Assembly (NCBI GenBank): GCA_029856365.1
Contig: JAHQWW010000043.1
Span: 1-26,614, forward strand
Source of the DNA: Candidatus Hodarchaeota archaeon
GTDB lineage: Archaea > Asgardarchaeota > Heimdallarchaeia > Hodarchaeales > Hodarchaeaceae
DNA: 26,614 nucleotides
Reading direction: 5' to 3'
Shown in pieces: positions 17,930 through 26,614 of the stretch. The notes under the pieces were generated by a model. The model was not told the DNA's origin and ran no database searches. It worked only from the letters and a program-made list of their open reading frames with translations. Within the stretch, counting starts at the first letter, position 1. Every line of letters begins with the position of its first letter. The translations under genes and the position numbers were made by a program.

Positions 17930-20704
17930 TTATAAGACAATCTTCCTTTTAATAGCAGTGAGTTCTGCGGCCTCGATTTGAGCGGCTTCATAGACCGTAA
18001 TAGGAAATTTGTCGTGTAATGGGGAAATTCTTGCACCTATAGCTGCACATTTATAATAAAATCTGGCAAAAAAACCCACACCAGTGACCATGTTTGAGCT
18101 CCGGGCTAATTCATCAAGAGTGTTAACATCATAACCACCAAATAACGCATAAAAGAAAGAATGGAGGAATTCACCAGCAAATAAGACTAAAATAAGTAAA
18201 AATATGGCACTGATTAATCCTTGGCCAAGTCCTATAACATCCACAATTATTAACTCAAATAACTTGAAAACGAGGTAAACCATTCCTGCAGAGAGAAATG
18301 GTGCAATGTAAGATGGCCAAGGATTCCAATCCCATTTGTGAACTTTAATACGTAGAGTGATTATAACAAAGATATCTTTTACTGTTAGCGAGATAATGTA
18401 TGCCCATAAAACAGCTTCCATTATATGGAAATTATTCAAGAAAATAATCATCAATACTGCTCTCAAGCCTTGCTCAATAATCCATGAAATCGTTGCGTAT
18501 ATAGGTTTATTCGCTGCTGGAAATGCTTGATCACACATCCAAGAGGGAGGGCCTAAAATTCTTAGGAATAAAAATAGTGGTAACAATTGTGCCGACCTAA
18601 TCCAAAGAGGGCCAGAAGCTCCAATGATAAATGTTTCAGAGATGGCTAAAAATGCTGCTGATAAATATAGTGTCCATAATATACCCCATCTAAATCCTGA
18701 GATTGTATTATAATTCAACAAGTTTTCTTTGTTATATTCATGAGCTTCTGTAAGTGCACCGAGGAGAGCTGAAGTCATTAGAACAATTGCCATAGGAACT
18801 TGACTAATAGTCCATGCAAGTTCAAAATAACCTTGTTCTTGGGAACTATTTGGAATATAGATCACCACAAGATAGACCTGAAGTAGCCAAACTAATGGAA
18901 CGAGCATTTCTCCTACTGCCATCTTCATTCCAAACTTAAAAGTTTCTAGGAACTCTGTTTTCGAGAAACCAGCCCCAAAAATTGGGCGTGATGGCAATTT
19001 TAACGATTTATACATTCGCCAAGTTATGAAAAATAAGGCCCAATCACCAAGTAACTGTCCTACTAAGAGGCCAATACTAGTTCCGAAAGCAGCTCCATAT
19101 TGGACATTATCTTGGTAAATTGCTTTAAAAATAGGGACAGTGATAACCTGCAATATTAATCTAAGTACAAGTGATTGAAGAGCAAAAGCAATCATTTGAT
19201 AATCTGCACGTTGAGTTCCTTGGAAGAAGTACTGAAACACCAAGAAGATGCCTGGGAATTGAATCATCGAATGAATCACAAACATCCATGATAAATAATT
19301 GAAATCTGTTAATGGAAAGACAATAGACCCCACAAACGCCACTAAACCAATCTGTACAACACCACTTAAGATTTCCCACCAAATAAACAATTGAACATAA
19401 TGATATGCTTTTTCAGGACGTTCTATTCGATGTTGCGCAAAAAATCTTATGATTGCATAATTAAAACCCAGATCAAATATTAACCATATAGCCTCAAAGA
19501 AGTGTAAAGTATAAGAATACCAACCATTTGATTGTGGGTACGGATTAATAAATTGTGGCATCAAAATCGAACTAATAAGGAGTTGTGGGATGATTAACAA
19601 CATCATGAGAAAATATAGTTTTAAGAACCCACTTAATTGACGATGAAAACCTACAACTTCCCAGTCGTCCTCCTTATCGATATATATATCCTCCTCTGGG
19701 GCGGTTTTAAGAACTGCAATATCAGAAGTAGTAAAGTAATCTGGAAGCTTATCCCTCTCTTTTCTTACGCGATAGAATGCCCAAACTGATCCAACAGCAG
19801 TAATGAGTACAATTACTCCTAGAATTAATTGCTCTTCATAATGAGGAACGGCGCTGTATCGCCATTCCCCATATATCGGAACTGGTCTCCCAACTGAAGA
19901 TTGAATTGTTGCAAAAAGCAGATAGTTGTAAAAAGGCCAAATCATAAAATGTTCATTAGCACTAACATTCTCGTATTCTTTTTGGAACCATCCTGAAAGG
20001 AGAAAAATATTTTCTCCTTCATTTTCTCCGACTCGAACTCCTGCAATCATTGGATAATCTTGTTCTTCTTCTGCGTTTAAATCAGCATCATTCCACTGCA
20101 TTTCAACATATATTTGCACATCATCTTTAAGATCAGGCACTAATGTCCAGTAAAATGTTTCAGGTGCAGTATTCCAGACAATAGTTGCTAGAATAGGGTG
20201 TGATTTAAGAGATTCTTCTGTGCTAGCAATAGATATACCTTTCAATTTATTAAATAAACCTGGATCTTCCTCTTCATCAACATCTCCCATATTATTTTCA
20301 AATTGAGTAACAGAGGTAAAATTAAATGTAGATAGAATTTGGTTTCCTTTTGTGAGCGTAGGTCCCATAATAATGATTAGACCGTGACCATTTATTTTTG
20401 TCCAAGATGATAACGTGATTAGTTGTGTCTGAGTCAAATTTACGTCATTAAGAACTACAATATCAAAATTTGACAGATTGTTAAGAGAGATCTCAGAAAT
20501 TTTCTGCATAGTAACTACTATATTATCCGAATCAAGGCTGATTGCATCCAAAGTTTTTCCTTGGGAATTACTGATGTAAAGAACATGTGTTTTAATTCCT
20601 TGTGCTTTACCAGGAGTTAATCCTGATGATACAAAGCTTAGAGAAATTAGATTTATGGCTAAAAAAGGTAAAACAAGTGAAATGAATTTCTTTTTAATTT
20701 TCAT
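17930..20704 (-). CDS. Fusion protein: signal peptide, extracellular GATase-like alpha/beta domain, TM helix, and MOP/Wzx-type oligosaccharide flippase domain
   Basis: N-terminal signal peptide; LSNFDIVVLNDV...W....HGLIIIMG pattern; C-terminal ~570 aa polytopic domain with FDLGFNYAIIRFFAQ and EQGYFELAWTISQ, resembling flippase motifs. Confidence 0.7.
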   Translation of the reverse strand: MKIKKKFISLVLPFLAINLISLSFVSSGLTPGKAQGIKTHVLYISNSQGKTLDAISLDSDNIVVTMQKISEISLNNLSNFDIVVLNDVNLTQTQLITLSSWTKINGHGLIIIMGPTLTKGNQILSTFNFTSVTQFENNMGDVDEEEDPGLFNKLKGISIASTEESLKSHPILATIVWNTAPETFYWTLVPDLKDDVQIYVEMQWNDADLNAEEEQDYPMIAGVRVGENEGENIFLLSGWFQKEYENVSANEHFMIWPFYNYLLFATIQSSVGRPVPIYGEWRYSAVPHYEEQLILGVIVLITAVGSVWAFYRVRKERDKLPDYFTTSDIAVLKTAPEEDIYIDKEDDWEVVGFHRQLSGFLKLYFLMMLLIIPQLLISSILMPQFINPYPQSNGWYSYTLHFFEAIWLIFDLGFNYAIIRFFAQHRIERPEKAYHYVQLFIWWEILSGVVQIGLVAFVGSIVFPLTDFNYLSWMFVIHSMIQFPGIFLVFQYFFQGTQRADYQMIAFALQSLVLRLILQVITVPIFKAIYQDNVQYGAAFGTSIGLLVGQLLGDWALFFITWRMYKSLKLPSRPIFGAGFSKTEFLETFKFGMKMAVGEMLVPLVWLLQVYLVVIYIPNSSQEQGYFELAWTISQVPMAIVLMTSALLGALTEAHEYNKENLLNYNTISGFRWGILWTLYLSAAFLAISETFIIGASGPLWIRSAQLLPLFLFLRILGPPSWMCDQAFPAANKPIYATISWIIEQGLRAVLMIIFLNNFHIMEAVLWAYIISLTVKDIFVIITLRIKVHKWDWNPWPSYIAPFLSAGMVYLVFKLFELIIVDVIGLGQGLISAIFLLILVLFAGEFLHSFFYALFGGYDVNTLDELARSSNMVTGVGFFARFYYKCAAIGARISPLHDKFPITVYEAAQIEAAELTAIKRKIVL

Positions 20705-21066
20705 TATAAGTCCCTTGGAGAATTATTGTTCAAAAATTGGAGAAAATAAATTGGGTCAATTACAAACTGAGATTAAATAATAAGGCGTCTCATATAATTC
20801 TAAAAGATTTTTTATTGAATTTATTTGCTTTTTGTATATTTTGAGGTTAAATTCACCCACAATAAAAAAACAAAAGAAACTCTTTTATTAAAATTATTTA
20901 GGTAAAAGAGAATCTGTAAAAAGATGTTTTTCTTATCACCTACCCAATTTCAAAATTAACAAGTAAAAGATGATGAAATTAGCTGGAAAAAGAGCTAGTA
21001 TGAAATAATCATTTATCAAGAATTTTTAAATACAATTTTCTAAAAGAATTGAAATAATTATCATCA

Positions 21067-23274
21067 TTATTGCTTTCCACCTTTTTTCTTGGCCAGTATT
21101 GCTCCTAATCCTAAAAAGAAACCAATAATTGAGTAATAAACCTTGGTTGATGTTGACATTGATGTTGACGAAGGATTGAGTATTGTAGTTGATGTCGAGG
21201 GAGCACGAATATTAATAAGAACATTATCCTCAACACCATTGCCAAGAATATCGAAAACAATCAATGTCACCAGGAATTCACCAATATAGATTGAGTTGAA
21301 AATAAAAATAATATCAGAACCGTCCCAAGGTCTTGATTCCATTAAGAAATCGTTAACAAAAACCGTAAAGTTCCAAGGGGTAAGATCATAGACTTTCCAT
21401 TTTAATGGTACACTTGTCTGATTCGACCAAATCCATAAATCATCTGGTTTAGAAATGACAACTGGAGGTGATGAAGAATGGACAGTTACCCAAAATTCTT
21501 CACAATACTGTTTTTCTACCCCATTAAATATCAGAAAACTAATGTTGTGACTACCAAGTGGTAAAGAATTAAGATCTAATTCAATTTTAGAACCATTCCA
21601 TGTAAGTGTATCCAATAATGTATTATTATCGTATATCTCCACTGTAAGGGGTGGAATCGAATTTATATTCCATTGAATTTTCCCATCTTCCTGTCCATGT
21701 TCAATTTGAGAAGGTCCATCACGATCAACAAGAATATGACTTGCAGTAACTGCAATTGTGTCTTTTGTTGCATGATCTCCTTCATCAGAAACTACTAATG
21801 TAAAATTATGTTCTCCAAATTCGAGAGAACTTAAGTCAAATGCTAGATTAGTGGGGCGCCAGAATTGATTAAAAACAACATCTCCATCCCTAATTACTTG
21901 TCCATTATGATATAATATATAAGAGCCATTCATTTTTAGTTTTGTACGGAAATTATACCACGTCAACCAGGATAGCGTAAAGGGATCTCCTGTTTTTATC
22001 ATCTTATCCTCTGGGGAATTAAGAATTGGACTTAATCGGAATCTATCAGCTTTAAATATCCCTATTGATCCTCCTTTATAGTATATTTCCCATACAATTT
22101 GACCAGATTCACTTACTTCAACTAGTCTTGGGCCAATGTCAGTTGAATCATGTGTTTCCGTTCCAAAGGTTCCAAAACGGTTTCCATTGGGCAATCTATC
22201 CGCATCCCCCCAATAAGCCGAATAATATTCACCTGTTCCAGCCCAAGCCCATGAAGTATTAGCGGTCATTGTGGTTTCATTGATAGTTATTTCTAAGATT
22301 CGTGATCGATGATTACTTGTATCAGATTGGTTAAGATAGTCGTTATCAAAAAGAATAAAGGTATTATTATCCACTTTTTCCAGAGCATGAGCATGATAAA
22401 AGAGATTTTGACGCTGATTACTTCTTTGATCAAAAAGAGTAAAATTTCCATGCTCACCTAATGCCCAGATGACTTCTCCCGTAGTATGGTCTATTTTAAA
22501 GAATGTATTTAAATTTCTACAGTTAAGGTAAATCATATCTTCTTCTATATCCCAAAAAACAGTATTAGAATGCGTGATATCTCTATTTCCCCCCATCATT
22601 TCCCCCGACCACCAACTAAATGGGATAAATGTCTTAGTATGTAATTCCCATAAAGTATCCCCCAGTATGTTCACTTCGGAAATTACATCATATTTGTAGG
22701 TATTTGCGCCATCAACAATATAATCCATACTTAGTCTCATAAAAGTCTTGGTTTGAGGATTATAGGAGATATCATGGTGGCTACCAAATGGAAGTGAAAA
22801 ATTTTTACCAGTCTCTCTATTCCAAAAGTATGAGGGTGCTGAGCTAACTAGCAGGAATGTAGTGGAATTAATTGGCTGAGCATAGCCATAATTATTTTGA
22901 CTTGGAAATTCATCAATGATATTCCCATCCATATCAGTTATTCGAAAAGTATAGAGTGGGTTATTAAAATCCCGAAATTGAAAGATATTGTAACCATCTA
23001 AATATTTTCCTGAATGAATGACATAGGTATCTTCCTCAAATTGTTCTGTTACAAAGATTTTCTTAGAAATAGTATCAGGGATATTTTTATTTAACAGAGG
23101 TAAGGATTGGGATGATGTAATCATGTTTTTTAGATTACTCATGGAATCTTTTTTTGTGCCATTAATAACTAATATAGATCCAGATTGATAAAAAGAGAGT
23201 ATAAAAAAAGTAAATATAAGGATATGAAAGAATTTTAGCTGAAGATTTCGATTCAATTTCATAAATATTATCAT
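21067..23274 (-). CDS. Secreted, membrane-anchored aryl-sulfate sulfotransferase (ASST) with Ig-like repeats
   Basis: SHHD, THSN, NCRN, HAH, FDN and DADRLPNGN motifs; about three W...Y/V..N/D Ig-like repeats; Ser/Thr linker; C-terminal TM helix with basic tail. Confidence 0.85.
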   Translation of the reverse strand: MIIFMKLNRNLQLKFFHILIFTFFILSFYQSGSILVINGTKKDSMSNLKNMITSSQSLPLLNKNIPDTISKKIFVTEQFEEDTYVIHSGKYLDGYNIFQFRDFNNPLYTFRITDMDGNIIDEFPSQNNYGYAQPINSTTFLLVSSAPSYFWNRETGKNFSLPFGSHHDISYNPQTKTFMRLSMDYIVDGANTYKYDVISEVNILGDTLWELHTKTFIPFSWWSGEMMGGNRDITHSNTVFWDIEEDMIYLNCRNLNTFFKIDHTTGEVIWALGEHGNFTLFDQRSNQRQNLFYHAHALEKVDNNTFILFDNDYLNQSDTSNHRSRILEITINETTMTANTSWAWAGTGEYYSAYWGDADRLPNGNRFGTFGTETHDSTDIGPRLVEVSESGQIVWEIYYKGGSIGIFKADRFRLSPILNSPEDKMIKTGDPFTLSWLTWYNFRTKLKMNGSYILYHNGQVIRDGDVVFNQFWRPTNLAFDLSSLEFGEHNFTLVVSDEGDHATKDTIAVTASHILVDRDGPSQIEHGQEDGKIQWNINSIPPLTVEIYDNNTLLDTLTWNGSKIELDLNSLPLGSHNISFLIFNGVEKQYCEEFWVTVHSSSPPVVISKPDDLWIWSNQTSVPLKWKVYDLTPWNFTVFVNDFLMESRPWDGSDIIFIFNSIYIGEFLVTLIVFDILGNGVEDNVLINIRAPSTSTTILNPSSTSMSTSTKVYYSIIGFFLGLGAILAKKKGGKQ

Positions 23275-23759
23275 ACTGGTGATTCCAACATTTTAGTAGG
23301 GATTTCTTGCCATTCTTTTAGACAATATTCTTCATAATTTTTGAATTTTCCTAAATAAAAGATTAAATTATTGTGCCATACAGGTCAATATTCTCTGAAA
23401 AACCGAGATTTTTTTTTCCAAAAACAGTGTAATAGGTTGTATCATTAATTATCAGGTAGTAAACGTATTACAGATATATCTAGTATTAACTCCCGTTATT
23501 GCAATATTGTTACCTCATTCAAAACTACATTGGAAATTGCACTTAATCTCGACATTTTCTATAGTCTGATTCCATCCAAAAAGGTGTAATTGACGTTGAT
23601 CACAAATTTATTTTCTAATTAATCCTGATTATAATCAAGTGAGACGAGAGACCCAATTAATCGTTCTTGGAAGCTTCTATTATGTCTCAACTCAAAGGGT
23701 CTTCCAGAAGGGATGACACAAATCAAGAAAAGAAGAAAATTAAGATATAAGTAACTAAA

Positions 23760-23888
23760 TTAAATTGAACGTTGCTCCTCGAATTCTTCAATTGCATCTA
23801 AAAGTTTATCTTTGATTCGCTTAGGAATTTCTGGAGTTATTATGCTATATAGGAGACGTTCGTCGTCCATGGTTTCTACTAAAAGCAT
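23760..23888 (-). CDS. 42-aa hypothetical microprotein
   Basis: MLLVETMDDERLLYSIITPEIPKRIKDKLLDAIEEFEEQRSI*; amphipathic; upstream hairpin and TTATAA box. Confidence 0.5.
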   Translation of the reverse strand: MLLVETMDDERLLYSIITPEIPKRIKDKLLDAIEEFEEQRSI

Positions 23889-23931
23889 CTCAGATCACAA
23901 AGATTTAATAACCACTACACGATAAAAAATC

Positions 23932-23971
23932 GTATTCCCCTATTAAAATATGGGTGATAATAAGGGAATAC
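23932..23971 (-). repeat. 14-bp stem-loop upstream of the microprotein
   Basis: GTATTCCCTTATTA / TAATAGGGGAATAC with one U-G pair on the minus strand and a 12-nt loop. Confidence 0.6.
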
Positions 23972-24166
23972 CCCAAATTATTTTAGTGATCAATAATAAT
24001 GTTGGAAATATTTCTTATAATAACCTATTTTCGGAAAAAATAATTTCACAAAAAAAAGTAACCCCTCCCTCTTACTTTATAATCTATGAATGATGTTCAT
24101 TTACAAATTCATGTTATAAACGACTGTTTCTTTCTAAGTTCATCATTAGAGTTTAGATAGAAATTA

Positions 24167-24461
24167 TTAAAGAAATAGTAATATAATTTCTCGAACCTCC
24201 AAACATAAATCGATTTTGAATACATCTCCCTGTGTTGTCTCGTTGATGAGACCAAACATCTTAAGAAGGCTAAGTTCATTAGTTTCATCCATAAAGTCTG
24301 TCACCTTGATCTCTATCATAATTTCGAGATCCGTGATCCTGAATTCATATATATCTCCAATTTTAACGCCTAACTCACTCTGAAGAAGCAGCTTGAAACT
24401 TCAAGAGTAAAATAATAATTAATGAAAGAGCAATAACTTTAATACTTCTAGATTTTGAAAC
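24167..24461 (-). pseudogene. Frameshifted, truncated secreted protein
   Basis: Signal-peptide-like VSKSRSIKVIALSLIIILLLKFQAASSE joins LGVKIGDIYEFRITDLE... if the 4-bp duplication (ACTCACTC, 24373-24380) is removed. No intact start codon. Confidence 0.6.
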
Positions 24462-24581
24462 CCCTTAGCTAAATTATCTCTTTGGATAATTCATTGTTTA
24501 ACTAGATGATACATCAGGATAGAGGGTTTACCTCATATTTTTTGCAGATTGATATTTTTATCAGATATCTGATTGGTGGAC

Positions 24582-25913
24582 TCAGAAGGATTCCTTTAAT
24601 TCCTGTACCTTTGTTTTCATGAGTTTAGGAACTTGTTTGAGAATACCAGGGGTTTCTGACCGAGGTTTTCCTTTGAATCTCCAAAGAATAATAATGTAAA
24701 CTAATCCTATTAACCCTGCTAGTAGCTCTAACTGTTGTATCTTCAGTTGATCTGGATAACCAGTAATAACAGCGATAGCTGCATTTTCTAAAGAATAATA
24801 GAAACCCCAAATGCTCATGACAAACAGGACTAGTGCTTTGGAATAAGGGTGAAAACAGTTAATTTGTTCAATGGGATTAAGACGTTCAATACCTACTAAG
24901 GGATCCATCCGTTGTTCAATCCCAAGAACTCTCCAAATTCCTAATATTATAGCCAAAAACAAACCTAATAGATCAAGAATACTTGTTAGTTCCCCCAAAG
25001 AACCACTTGTGCTAGCAATTGTTGGAATAATTGATGCGGATATAATAAATATACTAAAGCCCATATAAAAAGGTAAAATTCCTTTCTTACGTTCTCTGGT
25101 CGATTCGGTACCTTTTATACGATCCTTAATGAACCATATAAGCATAAACATAAAAGAAATGACAATTATCCCAGACAAAGTACTTCTATAGGATATAATT
25201 GCTGGTTTGAACAATGAGAAATTGAGAAAATTAGAAATAGAAAACTCAATGAACTCACCTGATGCTCTATTATAACCTAAAAGGATAGCAGCTATTAGTG
25301 GACCAAAAAGCCCAATTGCTGATAAAACAACGAGAGCTAACAGACTATATCTGGAATAACCTTCTAGAGGATAATCTGCATCAATAATATCAATAAAAAC
25401 TAATATCCCATTTAATAAAAAGAAAGGCTCTAAGAACATCCAAATATAGTACATCAACGGTCCTAAAGCTACTATCACAAAAAATGTAGATATTATCGAA
25501 ATATATACAATGGCAATTGTCAGACCTGTAAAGAATAGGATAGACAGAATCAAAAGAATCTTGTATCTTGTACGTAAAGATGGAAGTTTCGGCTTTTGGA
25601 TTAAATTAGGCAGTCTTCCATTCCTAAATAGACTAAAAAATGCCATTGCAGAAATATATAGGTATAATACCGCAGCCAAGGATAGAAACCTGGATGGAGT
25701 AATTGTTGGCTCCTCTCCCCTTAGAAAAGCAAAATGAACGCTTTCTATGGCCTCTGGGGACAGGCCAACAAAATGCAAGAATGTCAAAATGAATGACAGA
25801 ACATATAATGTTAATATCAGTACCTTGTGCCGTGAAATAACGAGGTTTTCCTCTGAATCCACTTCAAAAATGAGAAGCTGGAAATCTGACAGTTTATCGG
25901 TCACACTAACCAT
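24582..25913 (-). CDS. Polytopic membrane protein of unknown function
   Basis: 443 aa, roughly 10-11 hydrophobic segments, GGAG RBS, no recognised motif. Confidence 0.8.
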   Translation of the reverse strand: MVSVTDKLSDFQLLIFEVDSEENLVISRHKVLILTLYVLSFILTFLHFVGLSPEAIESVHFAFLRGEEPTITPSRFLSLAAVLYLYISAMAFFSLFRNGRLPNLIQKPKLPSLRTRYKILLILSILFFTGLTIAIVYISIISTFFVIVALGPLMYYIWMFLEPFFLLNGILVFIDIIDADYPLEGYSRYSLLALVVLSAIGLFGPLIAAILLGYNRASGEFIEFSISNFLNFSLFKPAIISYRSTLSGIIVISFMFMLIWFIKDRIKGTESTRERKKGILPFYMGFSIFIISASIIPTIASTSGSLGELTSILDLLGLFLAIILGIWRVLGIEQRMDPLVGIERLNPIEQINCFHPYSKALVLFVMSIWGFYYSLENAAIAVITGYPDQLKIQQLELLAGLIGLVYIIILWRFKGKPRSETPGILKQVPKLMKTKVQELKESF

Positions 25914-26119
25914 ATGAGAATTTCTCCAGTATTTTATGAAATTTTTGACCTCTAATTTATTTCTTTGTTAAAAAGAATTCTAATCTTCAATTTAAAATTG
26001 TCATAGAAAAATTGTCTAAAGGAATTTAGTTCAAAAGGCTTTTCAGGTGTACCTGATATTAGAAAACACGTTTTACTTCATTTAAACGTTTATAATGCCT
26101 TTGAACAACTAGCTTGAAG

Positions 26120-26455
26120 TTATAATTCCCTTTTATTTCGTAATTGACCATCAAGTTGCTTGATTTTATTTTCAATACTTGCAATCACTTCATCCATCGA
26201 ACCAAGATAGAAGTCATAATAGTTATAGAATGTTTCTCCAACCTCTAAAATTCGTCTAGCTTCAGGAGTATCTTGAATTTTTTTGGGTAACTCCACCCAC
26301 GCTTTTTCATGCTCTTCTAATTTTCTCATTTGTTGTCGAAGCATTTCAGAAGCTATTTTCATCCGATCCGCAAATGTTTTGAGGAATGATCCAGCACCAA
26401 GATGGTATACCTTCTCTCTAGATCCTTTCTGCCGACTTTTTGTTACAAAGAGTGC
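26120..26455 (-). CDS. C-terminal part of a GbsR/MarR-type winged-helix transcriptional regulator
   Basis: Wing motif FVTKSRQKGSREKVY followed by long helical/coiled-coil segments; the HTH N-terminus is missing. Confidence 0.65.
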   Translation of the reverse strand, partial: ALFVTKSRQKGSREKVYHLGAGSFLKTFADRMKIASEMLRQQMRKLEEHEKAWVELPKKIQDTPEARRILEVGETFYNYYDFYLGSMDEVIASIENKIKQLDGQLRNKREL

Positions 26456-26614
26456 GTTCTCGAGGTCTTTTAGTGTTTCTAAGTAGTAGAGGTCCTCCCG
26501 CCCTCGGTCCCCGAAAAAAAGCGTGGTCTTTCTCCGGATCTGTTTCCTATCGATCTGATGAAGGATCGATTTTATGGGGGCCAGTCCCGATCCTGTAGCG
26601 ATCAACAGAATATC
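26456..26614 (-). other. Fragment of an FNR-type NAD-binding oxidoreductase domain (higher GC), joined in frame to the regulator
   Basis: LIATGSGLAPIKSIL...TLFFGDRGREDLYY motif. Hand count gives 76/154 GC (49%) at 26461-26614 versus 38/120 (32%) at 26161-26280. Confidence 0.8.

Noticed and set aside
21145-21200. GTTGATGTTGAC-like short repeats
   Set aside because: They encode the Ser/Thr linker of the sulfotransferase; not a CRISPR array or independent repeat.
23410-23610. Sequon-rich fragments (FVINVNYT, GWNQTIENVEI, YLIINDTTYY) suggesting a decayed secreted protein
   Set aside because: Spread over several frames with stops; not supportable without a search.
2705-26486. Short ORFs nested in or antisense to long genes (2705, 5660, 7596, 8550, 11092, 11133, 12633, 13539, 14332, 15906, 15986, 16512, 19161, 22065, 24625, 24871, 25510, 26283)
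   Set aside because: They overlap well-supported genes and have no recognisable motifs.

Overview
AT-rich (roughly one-third GC by eye) archaeal DNA, most likely from an Asgard archaeon (Heimdallarchaeia/Hodarchaeales-like). This is inferred from TATA/BRE promoters, GGTGA/GGAG ribosome-binding sites and Ig-like surface repeats; no marker gene is present. The window is an accessory metabolic region. Intact genes encode a class I/II aminotransferase, a GNAT acetyltransferase, a double-hotdog MaoC protein, a dual-specificity phosphatase, an alpha/beta hydrolase, GH3 and GH36 glycosidases, a CruF/DUF422-like membrane protein, an acyl-CoA ligase, a YkgJ cysteine-cluster protein, a 924-aa secreted-domain/flippase fusion and a membrane-anchored aryl-sulfate sulfotransferase. 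Many 'intergenic' gaps are gene stubs missing from the ORF track: ornithine cyclodeaminase, DUF885, a PEP-utiliser domain, a deacetylase-like N-terminus and a frameshifted secreted protein. The most novel-looking items are (1) a promoter, then a ~135-nt nested stem-loop leader, then two zinc-finger microproteins (9688-10249), and (2) the flippase fusion with its deacetylase-like partner near glycosidases and a CruF-like gene. The last ~160 bp are a higher-GC FNR-type reductase fragment joined in frame to a regulator, probably an assembly chimera. No rRNA, tRNA, CRISPR array or transposase was seen.
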